The position numbers were made by a program, and so were the translations under genes. Shown here one piece after another: positions 49,011 through 62,500 of a DNA stretch of 64,000 bases. Under the pieces are notes generated by a model, which was not told the origin of the DNA, did not search any database, and saw only the letters and a list, made by a program, of their open reading frames with translations. This DNA is from Takakia lepidozioides (taxonomy: Eukaryota; Plantae; Bryophyta). Every line of letters begins with the position of its first letter. Positions within the stretch are counted from its first letter, which is position 1. Where the stretch lies: NCBI GenBank assembly GCA_030704615.1, contig CM060733.1:10106001-10170000 (forward strand), written 5' to 3'.

Positions 49011-49930
49011 GATGGGAGGATAGATCCTAACCTTGCAGTGGTACATGCAGGGTTGCGTTGCATGCTATGTGGGCATGCTCGTGGTGCCGCCACTATGCTG
49101 GTGTGTGATCAATGCTCAAGAGGTTGGCACATGGGATGCTTGACACCACCTCTTGAGAGGGTTCCTCATAGAGATTGGTTATGTCCACACTGCTTGGGAT
49201 AGTGACAGTGGATATGACTAGTGGCAGCTCACAAGACATAGGAGGCCAAGCTCATATGAGTCAATACCCAAGATCTCAGGCTCAAGTTCACAGGTTGCAA
49301 GACGGCGACTAACGATGGGGCAACTCTTGTACCCGGCCTCTTGATCTATTGAGTTTGAGTGTAGTAGGGACAGTGGTGGAGGACTTAGTAAGGCTATAGC
49401 CACTATCACATCTTGTGGATACTTGGACTTAGAGGGACCTAAGCGCCAGCTAGGGGGGCGATTGTGATGGGCTAATGGTGGCTAGTGGCAGCCTAGTGTT
49501 GGACTAGTGGCTACACTAGTGGTGGCGAGTGGCAGCCTAGTGGTGGACTAGTGGCTGCACTAGTGGTGGCGAGTGGCAGCCTAGTGGTGGACTAGTGGCT
49601 GCACTAGTGGTGGCGAGTGGCAGCCTAGTGGTGACTAGTGGCTGTCTAGTAGAAGCCTAGTGGTGCACTAGTGGTGGACTAGTGATAAACTAGTGTTTGG
49701 TGTGCACATATGTTGTGTGGTTTTGGACAACAATGTAGTTGTATAGCGATATGTATGCGCACGACAATCAGTTTATGTACAGAGAGACAGAGTAGATTCT
49801 CAGTGGAGGCCAAAATAGAATCTGTGATATGTAATGAAACGATCTGTAAATGTGTAAATTGGAATGAGAAAGTGACTTGGAAAAATCAGATCGTGGACAA
49901 GGACCGGAAAGGAATAGGAGGAACGTAACA
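49011..49930 (+). mobile_element. 3' remnant of a Ty3/gypsy LTR retrotransposon: PHD finger at the polyprotein C-terminus, PPT and 3' LTR
   Basis: 49011-49202 reads DGRIDPNLAVVHAGLRCMLCGHARGAATMLVCDQCSRGWHMGCLTPPLERVPHRDWLCPHCLG* (C4HC3). PPT AGGGGGGCGA at 49452-49461. LTR 49463 TGTGATG ... CGTAACA 49930. Confidence 0.8.
49470..49695 (+). repeat. 44-bp tandem repeat inside the LTR
   Basis: Unit CTAGTGGTGGCGAGTGGCAGCCTAGTGGTGGACTAGTGGCTGCA starts at 49516, 49560 and 49604, with degenerate flanking units built from CTAGTGG. Confidence 0.92.
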
Positions 49931-50422
49931 ACCTCATTGGCTGCATTACGGGTTTGCAACTCACCGAGCTGTCCTTTTGCAGCTGTGAGCTTGATACTCA
50001 AATCCCTGCACATCATTCGGTGCCTGCAGGACCATCTGCTTCAGAGCTAGAGCCTTTTCCAGGGCTGTTGTTTGCTTTTGGGTGTAGGTTGTCTGTAGAT
50101 TCTCACTGGCCCTGTTAATAGATGCATTCTCCATCTCATGTTGTGATTCTACCGGTTCTGACTAGAACTTCGTCAATCGCTCCATTTCAGCGAAGCCGTC
50201 CAATTCCCGTCTGTTGTCAGAACTGCTGTGGCTGCTGGTCTTTCTTTTCTTGAATTGATCAGCCATGCGTTTCTAATATACAATTGGGCGGTGTCCCATG
50301 CGAACCCCTTGATGGCGAGGTTACTCTGAAAGAGGTTATTTTTTCTCTCACTATTAAGGGGCCCGATTCGTGAGCTGTCACTCCTAGGTGTTTCCCTTTA
50401 AAAATAAATATATTAACCATAC

Positions 50423-50835
50423 CAGTGTTGATCTGGTATTAGGTTTAGGACATACCAAACTGGTCCTGGTACCAGACCAATCAGAAAACTTTCATACCAG
50501 TTTGTTCTATATAATGGTGGATGTATTTTTTTTTCCAGATACTGGTATGAGTATGAGTGTCATGACCACAATACCAACTGGTATGAGATATCAATTCTGG
50601 TATCATTCCAAAGCCATCTTGACTTAAAGTTTAAGTGAAAATAAATACAATAAACATTAAGTAAATATAAATAAATACATGTATGTACACATAAATTAGT
50701 ATAGTACACAGAATAAATGAGGAAGATGGGGGGGGGGTATTGGTATTGTGGCTGGTATGAGAAAACGGATACTAGCCTGGTCTGGTATATGACCTGGTAT
50801 TCTCCCAAATAATACCAAACTAGTCTGGTATCTAC
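50423..50835. mobile_element. Probable non-autonomous hAT-like relic with clustered subterminal motifs
   Basis: Begins CAGTGTTG (hAT-like terminus) and carries many ATACCA(G/A)/CTGGTAT motifs in both orientations. A related end lies at 44882-44962. The second terminus is not recognisable. Confidence 0.4.
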
Positions 50836-52706
50836 AGTCGGCCCTCCATATCTATGACCTCCATAAGCATTAAAAAACTATATGTGTTAGCATGATTCTT
50901 ACTCCCTACTTGGGTGAACTAAGCAAGCGTTAAGTGTTTAATTGTTAACAACTGGTTACTCCCCTCTGTGTATAATGACCATGTGTATGTGTTAAAGTGC
51001 TCTTCATTCACTCAAGTGAAGTCTTTGATCAACTCAAGTGTGCATATAAAGGAGCTTAATAATAGAGACTCCACTGGACAAACATCAAGTGAAAGCTGAA
51101 AGCTTGAAACATTACATCATTTCTTGCAGCAGAGGTCGACCATTATGCACTTGGTAGACAAATTAGAGAAATTTGCAAAGGGTGTAGAGATGTTGAGAAT
51201 GTCACATTCACATCAGATATGTATAGATTCTTTCTTCCAACCTTCACTGCCTATAGTTTGTGATTTTTCCCTTCTTGTAGTTCTATTAACGTGCATTTGT
51301 TTTAGGGCTCCCCATGTAAGAGAACTTTATAAATGTTACTTTTCATTGATCCTAAATTTGTATATGTTAAAGTGTTACAATCCTTTAAGTGTTACAATTT
51401 TTCTTACTCCCAAAGATTAACACATATGGAGGGCTGACTGTAATACCAGTGCATATACATGTGCATATACCATACCAACACCTCGCCAAGGAAGAATTCA
51501 TAAATTATGAAAGGGCTACCGGAAGGTGGACACCTTTGTGACACCAATCCATGGACTGAACCCACAACCACTTCTGAGGCGGTATGTTCATGTTCCCATT
51601 AGCCTACCACTGGGCTCCAACTTAGTGTGGTATAAGCTTGTCCCCATTCCCTTTAGGCTAGGTGCTGTCCCTTGAGCCTTTGCCTCATGCCAAGGTTTTT
51701 TCTTTTTCTTTTTTCTTGTTCTTTCTTACATTATTTTCTCTTCCCTCAGAGATCTGATCTAAGTCAAAAGGGAAGCGCCTATACTCTATCCTTTTAAACC
51801 TATATAATCAAACTTTGAAGCTACTATCAGCCAGTAGCTCAGTTGGACAGTACACTGAGTGCCACCCAGGTGATTGTGGGGTCAAACCCTGTTACATGTG
51901 TTGTGTTCTTCTCCCCACTACCCTTGGCCTGTGGCCCATGCAGAAGTAGTACATATCATTACAGACGGTGTACCAATTCAGGACAAAATAGCAACATTGA
52001 TTTAGAGGACATGCCCTTGGATGTGGGCCCACATGCAGCCGCCACATTTATTCCCACACCCTCTATGTGTCCCTTCCCCTTTAGCTGGTTTTATTTGATG
52101 ATTGATTTGGCAACCAAGTTTGACATGTCATGAAAAAAAACATGTATATATGTTAGCCATTCAACAGATGGGCGATGCTCCCACGTCGGAGCTGCCGTGA
52201 CGCTGGGCATGACAAGCAAGATGCTGTCCCCGGGCGTTGGTTTTGAGTGATGCAAGCACACTTCATCCGATGCCCTGCTCTGCCGCTGGTCCCACAGTGC
52301 AGGGACTGTAGTCTGCAGCGCGGTGTGAGGAATCTTGAGCGGATGACCCGGGAGACCATCCTTGGTGTGGTTGGGTTGTTGCAGGGACGCGGATAACAGT
52401 GAAGTAGCGGATAGGAGGTAGGGTACGTGTGTGCATGCTGCCATGTAATGTCAAAATCTTTTCACACTTGTTCAACTGGAAAGAAATGGGATCGAGAGAG
52501 ATGGGTTGTGTGTAGTGGGATGGGATGGTAGGGTCGTTGTGATCTACAAGTTTGCCTATCCAGGAATTAAGGAATCCAGAGAGACGTGCTCGTGGGGGCT
52601 TCCCAAGGAGGCGAGGGGAGGAAAACGAACAGCGAAGGAAAATGGAGGGACCGAAGATAGATCTTGGAAGGTGAGGAGCAACATCGAGGAGGAAAGGAGA
52701 TTCGAA

Positions 52707-55700
52707 ATGGTGATGAGAAAAGTGGGCAAATATGAAATTGGCCGCACGATCGGTGAGGGGACTTTTGCGAAAGTCAAATTCGCCCAGAACACCGAGACGG
52801 GAGAGAGTGTGGCTTTGAAAGTTTTGGATAAAGAGACTGTTCTCAAGCACAAGATGGTGGATCAGGTGTGCTCATCAATCCCGCGACATTTGTAGCGTTC
52901 TCGAGATAAACCTTGTGTTTTAGGATTTTAGCAGTAAGTAAATGCTGGTCAGATTTCATACCCTGGTGGAGATATGCATCTGCTTTTTGGCTGCTGTGGG
53001 CGAGGCAGTACGAAACGTACTTCAACTTGTCAAGATGAGTACATTGAAACGCTTCTTACATTTCTGCATTCGTTCTGATTCTGTCTCCTGCGGAGGAGTG
53101 TCTGTACGGTTGCATTTATCATATCTTCTCGCTAAATTCGTGCAACACAGGAATGAGGGCGGTATATATTTCGCCTGTTGGATTTTGTGAACTCTCACGT
53201 GCTAGGGCTCACATTTGATAAATATTCGTTGTTGACTCATCTGTCAAACACATGGAATTTTTAGGCCACCCAGTGTTTTTCTACTTGAATCACATGGTTA
53301 ACTTCCCTTCGCCCGGCAATATGTCCAGTCGTGTGTTTTTTGTCAAAGAGGTTGGTGTTTCTGCCAGCAGACATTCCAGCTCCACTGTAAATGAAGTTTC
53401 TTAATTGCCCATGCATTCTATGATTTCTTGAATTAGGGCAAGTACTGCAAAAAAACTACGACTTACAGGAAGATCCTCATCATGTGATGCCGGTATCGCT
53501 GTCACTAGGACTGTGATTTGCTAGCATGGTGGGTATTGCATAAGTGTCATTAACGAGGATCTGAGTGTGATGGAAAAATTGCTTGTTCACCCATGTGAAA
53601 TTACCAAGGAACTGCGCAGCTCTTGCATGATGTATGCGACTGGCCACTAGCTTTCAATGTGGTGGGATTGTGGAATTTAGAAGTTCAAGCAAGCTGAATA
53701 AGTCTGAATTGGTCTGTCTGGCTTGTAGATAAAGCGGGAGATTTGTATAATGAAGCTTGTACGACATCCAAATGTGGTGCGGTTGCATGAGGTATATGAA
53801 ATGGAGCTAACAGGGAAGCAATTTTATGTGAGTGTTAGAACCTGTTATGTTGTGGATGGCAAAGTTGCTGTACTTTGAGCACCCGCTTTACTTTGGTAAC
53901 TGAATGCGTTCAGGTGCTGGCTAGTCGTACCAAGATCTACATTATCCTTGAGTTTGTGACTGGCGGAGAGCTTTTTGATAAAATTGTAAGTCTCTTGACT
54001 CCCTTCTTGCCGATCTCCAAGTTTGTGCTGCAAGATTGATTCATGCCTGAAGGCCTTAGGCAATTTTGTATCTGTCATCTTTTTGGTTCAGCAATAGGAA
54101 GTGTTCACTTAAAGAAATTCCAAGGGCCATCTGTGCTAATCCAATGTAAGTTTCAGTGGTATCCTTTGCTGAGGAAGAGGGTGGGTGGTTTCACGGTTGA
54201 AGCCAGTTCTAGGCACTCTGGATTGCATTTGCATAAGAAATTGATGGACAGTTGCTAAAGCTGGTACTGAAAGTCTGGCAGGTGCATCAAGGCAAGCTTA
54301 GCGAAATTGAGTCACGCAGGTATTTTCAGCAACTCATTGATGCCGTGGACTACTGCCACAGCAAGGGTGTATCACATCGTGATTTGAAGGTATTCATTTG
54401 CACATAGGTATGGAGATTCTCTGGTATGGGATTATTTTGACACAAATGAAGTTGACATACGAAACATGCTTGATGCTTCTCGTAGAACCAGCTGATTGCC
54501 TTTTATAGTTTTCACCATACCTGGTTGTTTTTGTTGTTAAGCTTCATAGAGGGGAATAATTTTAAAGAGAGTGAAGTCACACTAGTCTTGGAAATCTTGG
54601 ATGAAACATTGCTAACTTGTTCAGTTTCATTGTAGATACTGGGTTTGGACACTGAGGATTTGAGACTCTTGCTGGGATGTTAGTGATTTTCTTGATGGAT
54701 GAGAGTTTACATGTAAAAAATAGTCGGAGTAGCTCACAGGACTTCATTGTTCACTTGGTAAGTGGCCACTTGCCACACCCATACATACTACACTACCTGC
54801 TACTTTTTCACAGGTCTGGTTGGAAACTTTCTCATGGTTCCATTAGACGGATGTGGATACTGTATGTACTAATTGGTTTAGAACTTCGGGAAACGGAGTG
54901 AAACTAGGGATGAATGCTCTTGAATCTAAATGACTTTTAGGACTGTGGTGGAATCTTAGAAACTCTCTGACAGGCTTTTGGGAATATTTGCTACAGTGAC
55001 TTCCTGTTTCCCAGTTTCACCTCTGTGTGCTGGCAGCCAGAAAATCTTCTTCTGGATTCTCGCGGGAATTTAAAAATTTCAGATTTCGGCTTGAGTGCAC
55101 TTCCACAGCAAGTGCGGGTAAGGCCTGACCTATGATGACTTGTTTGAGTGTTATAAGTGGTAACTGACTTTTAGGAGTGGTTGATGTATCAGACTTTCTC
55201 ATTTTGATCTTGTGAAAGATTTTCTTAGTTAGCATCTTTATTTTGCCTTTTGTTTAAATCAAGGTAAGTCCCACTACTGGAGTGAGCCCCCCCTTACAAA
55301 GTTAGTGTCAATTGCCTCTTGTTTCGCCCAAACTGGCCACAAGGGTACGGCAAGCGACAATGAGTACATTTCATTTTGCCTTTGCTGCTATAAGAATGTA
55401 CTCATGCTGTTCCCTGCGAATGATGGCTTGCCATAGCCTTACAGCCATTCACCCCACGGGAAACTAACCCTCCCGGAGCCTTTTGTGGGGTTTGTGCACC
55501 CACCAGGGTTTAGCTTATCCCCACGGCTCAGCTGCAGGTATCAACTTATTTTCCTGCAACTGCCATTAAGGGGCTCACAGAGGCACTTGTCCGCATGCAA
55601 ACTCAACAGCCTGGTTGCAGAGTTATTGGTTCTAGTTTAAGTTTTGCTACCATAAGATAGGTTGGTAAGGAGGATGGAACCTGGATTGCTGCAGGAAGAT

Positions 55701-58700
55701 GGACTTCTGCATACTACTTGTGGTACTCCCAATTATGTAGCTCCTGAGGTATGTCACCCTGCTGTCAACCTCTTTGTTCTTACCATGGTAAGTTGGTGTC
55801 AACTTGATGCACATTCACCTTTTCTTGTCGTAAAGTCGTCTGTGTGTTCATGGTTGATCTTGCCTTGTGCTGCTCGGCCCCAATATTTCTCTGAAAAAGA
55901 TGCCAGATTGAAGGTGGTGGGACAACTCGGCACACTCTGTTAGGCCTTGTGGTGCCTGTTTATAAAAGTGTTCAGGCTGAGATGGCTAGCTCTGGAGTTT
56001 ACAGGAGGGGTGGCATGCATGAGCAATGTAGCTACCTGAGAATCGGTTCTGCTGGACATGGGCAGGTCCTTAACGACAAGGGCTATGATGGTGCAGTGGC
56101 CGACATCTGGTCGTGTGGCGTCATCCTCTATGTTCTGATGGCTGGCTTTCTTCCTTTTGACGAAGCTGATCTGGTTACTCTCTACCGCAAGGTGGCGCTC
56201 TACTTTCCTTGGAATTGCTTAGCTTGGGAGGGATATACTGATGGCAAGGTGCTATGGGAGCTCAGAGCCATCGCAACCAAGTAGGGACTATGTTATTAGG
56301 TAGGGTGGGACCCTGGTACCTAGACCAGTGTATCCATGTACCGCAATCTACGAGGATCATGATTGAAACATGTTATGCAGGGGTCAAATACAGGGCCCTA
56401 GTTTGTGTCGGATCAAATTCAAACGACTCTCTGCAAGTGCAGGCACTATGATCATTGAGTCGTACCAAGCCGATCTTTTTAGAAGCCCTAACTGCTTGGA
56501 AGCAGCCCTTCTATAAAACTAGCGAGCTTGAACTGAGCTCAGAGTATCTTGCTTGAGCCAGCAGTTCTCTTGCATCAACTGCTTGCGTAACATATTTGAC
56601 AAACCCTCCTCGGTTCTGCTTTGAATGTGGTCTTCAGCTCAGGTTCTACTCCCCCTCCTCAGGTAGAATCATGTAACAAATCTGGATCCTGTTTTAGTGA
56701 TTAGTTTTGGGTCTCACATTGTTTTGTGTAATATTGATTAATCAACTCAAAAAGGGTGCTCAATTGCTATCGCACAATTGCCATCGTTGATATCATTGCT
56801 ATTGTTGCAAAAACTGTCAGTTGCAAGTAGAGACCTGTAACACTGGACATCGGTAGTTCGGAATCAAACTCAGAAGCAGGTACCTGACCTACGGCAATGG
56901 TCACCCCAGGCCTGTGACAGAAGCAAACATACATGCAGGTCTCTGTAGCTTCATCAAAGGAGACAAGGCTTAGCTTTTATTCCTCATGTAGGGCTCCAAA
57001 GTATGGTGTGCACACTCTCTTGCTAGCTAGAGACAGCTGGCTACCTACAATTTACTTCACTTTGTGATGTGTGCTGAAAGAGCACCTGTATCAGGTATCT
57101 GGACTTGGTATAGTGCCTGCCTTATATCAGCGAATTATCAGCGACCGAAGTATGGGCCATGGGTACCATAAAACTTCCCTGCACCTTGTCGAACTAGGAG
57201 AATACCTGAATACCTGATTTCTCGCCCAAGGATTGTGCAATCAAGGGAGAGCTCATGTTGGATATCCATCCTAAAACGTGAAAAATACCAGGGTTTGTCG
57301 TTTCCAACACCCTTGACTTTGAGGCCAGGGGTGCCACAGAAGGGATGTTCATGTCAGGTACGGACATGACTTATATACTGTGCAAGAGCTGGGTGGTTGG
57401 CAGATCCAGGGGGCAGAGTTTTCATGCCCAGCTTGGTTCTCACCTGGAGCCAAAAAATTAATATCACGAATTTTGGATCCATATCCACACACTGTGAGTC
57501 ATCTGAACCTTAGGTTGCATGTGTCTAGCGATGTTGATCTTCCTTGAAGCTGTTCGAGTGACCTCCTTCTATGCCTTGATCACATAGGCTGCTTAAAGAA
57601 GAATGAAGTTAAGTAGAAGCTAGGCTATTTGGCACGATTCATGTGGGATGGGGCAGCTAGACAGTCATGAGTGGTGATGAGAGAGGTTCAACATGTCTGT
57701 GCTAGAGACAAATTGAAGCTGACACAAGGGCAGAGTCTGCAGCGCATGAAGGTGGCGGGGATTCGTAAGGATGAGTGGTTCAAGAAGAACTATACTCCGG
57801 TGCGCTTGTATGATGATGAGGATATCACTCTGGACGATGTCCAGGCTGTCTTCAATGACTCCGAGGTGAGCCTTGCCTGTCGCAGAAGCTCACGGTTTGC
57901 AGAAGGAATGTCTATATGCCATCTACCTATGCAGGGCAAGAGAACGAAGTTAGCAGTACTTCTTGGAAGCTGAATGTTGTAAAACCCCGCATTCTCTCGC
58001 ACGGAAACTCAATTACCATCAGTATTGAATGGCGGGTCAAGGCAGAAGTTGGCTAGGCCTTCCCACAGAGCAGCCTGCTATAGGCAAGAGTTCTAGCAAT
58101 ATGTGTTGTAAATACCAAACACCCATTCGGTTGAAATGTTGAGCCTGTCACGATGTATAGAGAACATTTTACTTTCTGTGAGAGTCCCAGTTTAAAATAC
58201 CTTGTGTGGGAGTCTTCTAATTCATGTGCTCACGTTTAAATCAAGTTTGTGCCAGGTTATGTTGGGGATTTCCCTCTTGCTTTGATCTTCTTAGCATTTT
58301 TACCACGTCACCAAAACATATTTGTGGGTAGTCCAAGTTGCAACTAGTCAATGTGTGTTTGTCTTTTGCATACAGGCTGTTTGTGCTTGGAATTTGATCA
58401 AGTGTTTGCGTAATTTGGGTGATTCAGGAGCAATATGTGAAGGAGCAGAAAGAGGTCAAGGACTTAGGTCCCTCCATGATGAATGCCTTTGAGCTCATCA
58501 GTCTTTCCCAAGGGCTAAACCTGTCTGCTCTCTTTGATAGGCGCCAGGTATGTAAGCAAGCAGCGTTATAAGCATCATAAGCCAACCAGCCTGCTAAAGC
58601 TGATTATGCAGACTAGGATGAGGAGGTTGGGTTGCTTGGGAAGGGAGAGAGCTCTCATGGACTGCTATGATATTTCATTTCTTTGCACAGGATCATGTCA

Positions 58701-59530
58701 AGCGTCAAACACGCTTCACTTCAAAAAAACCAGCTAAGGATATTATTGCCAGGATGGAAGCAACTGCCAAGGCAATGGGCTTCAGTGTACATACCCGCAA
58801 CTACAAGGTACTTTCAGACAAAAGAATGGACCAACATTGGATAGAAAACAGGGCTATTGTAGAAGCCATCTACAAAGGGTAGCATGTTGGTGCCCAAAGA
58901 AATGTGCCATGTTTCTTAGAAAGACTTCCCGCTGCTCCTTGTTTGTCTGAACTTCATTGCTTAGTTGAGCTGCTTGATGGTGCATGCACAAATTTGACAT
59001 GATGTTTGGCAATCACGCATTCTCTGCTACGAAGCAGGTTAGCCAAGTCGTGTGGAAGAGCTTTCTAATGCAAGAGTCTGGGGTGGATGTTGGGGGCCAG
59101 ATGAGGCTCGAGGGGCTCAGTGCAGGAAGGACAGGCCAGCTGGCTGTTGCTGTGGAGGTTGTCTCTCATTGGCTTCTCCTTCTCAACCAGTTGCATCCAT
59201 GAGTGCTGTGCACATGTGTAGTTACTGAAGACCTGATTGTGGGAATGAACAGGTCTTTGAAGTGGCTCCCTCTCTCTACATGATTGAGGTGCGGAAGGCT
59301 GTGGGCGATACTCTGGAATATCATAAGGTACTTGATCCATATGTTTGTACACCCATATGTGGGGTGTTAAGATTATGTTCATGTAAGTGAACAGGTGGTT
59401 GGTTCCATTGAAGTGGTGGTAAGTATGATCATGGATGTGTGTGCAGTTTTACAAAAGCTTCTGTGCACAGTTGAAGGACATTACCTGGAAGTCAGCTATG
59501 GATCTTAATCAAAGTGAGTGCAAGGGGTGA
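52707..59530 (+). CDS. CIPK24: CBL-interacting protein kinase of the SOS2/CIPK24-CIPK8 clade, 442 aa
   Basis: 14 exons, all phase 0: 52707-52865, 53729-53791, 53914-53985, 54282-54389, 55037-55117, 55695-55748, 56066-56191, 57404-57493, 57743-57865, 58428-58547, 58691-58807, 59101-59157, 59253-59327, 59447-59530. Motifs [36 protein letters not shown] motif [24 protein letters not shown] and PPI region QTRFTSK. CIPK24 versus CIPK8 cannot be resolved by eye. Confidence 0.93.
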
Positions 59531-62500
59531 TAATAATGGGAAGTGGAAAGCCCCATGCATTTCAAGATTGTCTGCTTGTGGCATCATACAGCAACTTCAT
59601 TGAGAACTCCTGGGTGCTGATAGCTGGCTACACCACGTCCACTGTTATGTACAATTCAGCTTTGGGGCCAGCACACCCTACTACCATTTGGGGGACTAGG
59701 AGAGATTGTTGTGAAGGGGCAAGACCATCTAATGCCCAATCCTGGCAATGATTTAGCATGTTAGGAAGCAGAGAGAAAGATGAGGATGATTAATCTAGGT
59801 CATAGACTGCAACAAGAAACCTGTATAGCCTCTCAGGAAGATGAGTGTTGTGCTTGAACGTTGTACATTAGTCATTTGGGTGGTTGAGATCTCAAGCTGT
59901 ATGTGCACATATTCTCCCTGTGTCCCTGTTGGGTCTTAGTGTTTGCTTCAATCAAGCATATGGCGTGTGTACAACAATGTGAACAGTGTTACTTTTAAGA
60001 TTGTTTGGTGTTGACCACCTAAATACTCACCTTCTCTGTTGACTAGTTAGTGCTTGTAGGCATATGTATGCTCTGCACCACTGCTTGACGTGAAGATTGT
60101 GGAACACTTTCTAGTAGGCTTGACATGCTCAACTGCTATACATTCTGGTCATGTCAACTTTCTGAGAACCTTACGCCATAGTGTGCAACAACCTGAGCTA
60201 GGGACTGTAATCAACAAAGTCTGAAGTTTGACTATAGGACTAGATCATGTAGACAATATCTTTGACCCATGGCTAGGCCTTGTTACTAAAGGAAAGCCAC
60301 CAAGGGGCTGTATCGAAAGCATAAAGGGCTTCATGGTTGGAGCTGCCAGAGGTTCCTCCCTCAAAAGGCAGTCTCATCCTTCCATGGACTCTTCCAAGCT
60401 CTTCCCCATTATGGCAGCAATCTTGGTTACAACACAGTCAGTGGTGTGTCCTGCACTGTCTTGTTGGGAACTTGGATAGTATAGCAAGGTGACATAGCCC
60501 AAGCAAATGCTGGTGATTTCACCTATGTCAAATTTGAAGTTGTGTGTAACATATTGAATGTGCTCAAGATTTTGTTAGCTGTACCCTTGTGGCCACAGAA
60601 GCTGTGTAACATGTAGAATGTCCTCATACGACATTTTACAGCGGCCTTGTTGCCATTGATCCCACTCCCAGCTTGGACGGAACAAGCACAAGCGGGAACA
60701 GACACTACCTTTGGGGGGGGCCCTCTAGTAGTGGGCTTACTTTGATATAAAGGTTGAATTCTGTCAAAGCTAGCATATATTATGGTGTCACTTCACCCCC
60801 CATGGGCTACTGTCTTCCATTTGCCCTAAAGGCCGTAACCAGGGCAATGCGGTTGCCCAAACCTCCCCAAAGGACTCACATGTACCCACACATTATCTGA
60901 CTGGTTGACCCAATGACTCAAAAGGAGTTGTATGCTTCTAGGACATCCAATTCGACAAACTGATGTTCTTTTTAAAGAAGGGAAGTAGCCCTTAGAAAAT
61001 TTATGAAAGGGGAGAAAAACAAGTGGCTCGTCGCGTAATGGCTCCTCTTAGTTGATGAGATATGTTGGTAGCAAGACGGAAGTCTTCTCTGTCTCTCTTA
61101 TGTTGGTAGCAAAGATATTTTGAAAACAAACAATCAATTCTTCTTCATGATTTCAACTCCTCGTGGGTGTGCAACATCCTTTGCATGTGATATTCGGATT
61201 CAAATGGAGCTTGGTCCTCCAGCTTTCTCAATAGCTAGAGGCTCTCATAATTTGTGGAATTCTTCTGCACACCCTGACGACAAAATAAACTGAAGACTTA
61301 GGCATCATACAAATATGAACTCAAAACCAGAGGTGGTAATGAAAGCGCATTTGAATTTTGAGCCATTCGTAGGAAACGCCGGATGGCTGTCACCTAATCC
61401 ACTACAATCAATTATTGAGGTTAATAATTCTGTGCCACGAAAATAATTGGAAGTATTTATGAATTCCCTTCATATGCAACTACAATTCAAAAATTATAAG
61501 CACAGCGATGTATGGCTCTCAATTAGATCACATTTGGATCAATGTGCCTCACTGATATTACTTATATTGTATCAAACAAGCGGCTAGTCGCATAATGGCG
61601 CCACCCTAATTTTTAGTTTCAACCTAATTACAGAATTGGAAGGCTAAAGTTGGCTGTCCTTATTTATTTATTTTATTGAAAAAAAAATTAGAACATTCCA
61701 TCAGCACTCACAATTGCCTCCCCAGGATAACAATTGATTATGATTATGATTATTCTATTATGAGTATGATTTCTAAAAAGTATGAATTTTAGAATCAAAA
61801 GATTTTGTGTTTACACCTCGACAGAAAATAACACTAATAACTTAACCCTTAAGTTCCCAAGCCCTTTTTTGACTTTTTACCAATTTTGGGTACCAGCTGC
61901 AGTAAATTGCCCCTAGAAACCTACCAAAATCCATCCAGAGATTCCAGCCTTATAGCAGCTCATTTATGCATAACATACCAAAAAATGAGCCAAGTCCACT
62001 GAGGAAAATGTGAGATTATAGCGTTGGCCCGGACCTCAAATATCATGTCCCAAAGAAAAAGTGAGAAAGAAATTGGTTTGACCAAATCAAAATCTAGCTT
62101 TATCCAATTTTGCTTGCCCCAAGACCCACCATTTCCAAATCAATAGTGGAGTGGCTCTGACCCCACTAAATTGCAGGTCCAACTGATTTTTTCACCTATG
62201 GTTGCTATTCATGCAATTACATGGGGGTTGAAATCTCAAAATTGATAAGAGAAAATGTGCCTCGACATGAAGTACTTTTTTTTCTACAAAATTTTTAAAA
62301 GCCAATGGTGGACGTGTGTATGTAATGCTCATACACCACAAGTGAAGTGCTTTTTCCAAAATTGCTAATTTTCTGCCAAAAGTGCAATCTGTTTTGGGCT
62401 TGTTTACCTGCCACATCAGCGGTCAACAAGCCCTTTTTCAGGCCCCAAAACGTAAATGAGAGATCTAAGATATTTTTTGTAGGTCGAAGCTTTTGTTTTT

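Noticed and set aside
49470-49695. CRISPR-like array
   Set aside because: The units are contiguous with no unique spacers, there are no cas genes, and the context is a eukaryotic LTR.
52263-52850. 195-aa minus-strand ORF over the CIPK 5' end
   Set aside because: It is antisense to CIPK exon 1 and its purine-rich leader, with no independent coding signal.
60940-61600. Possible decayed coding fragment on the minus strand
   Set aside because: Multiple stops and no motif that I can identify.
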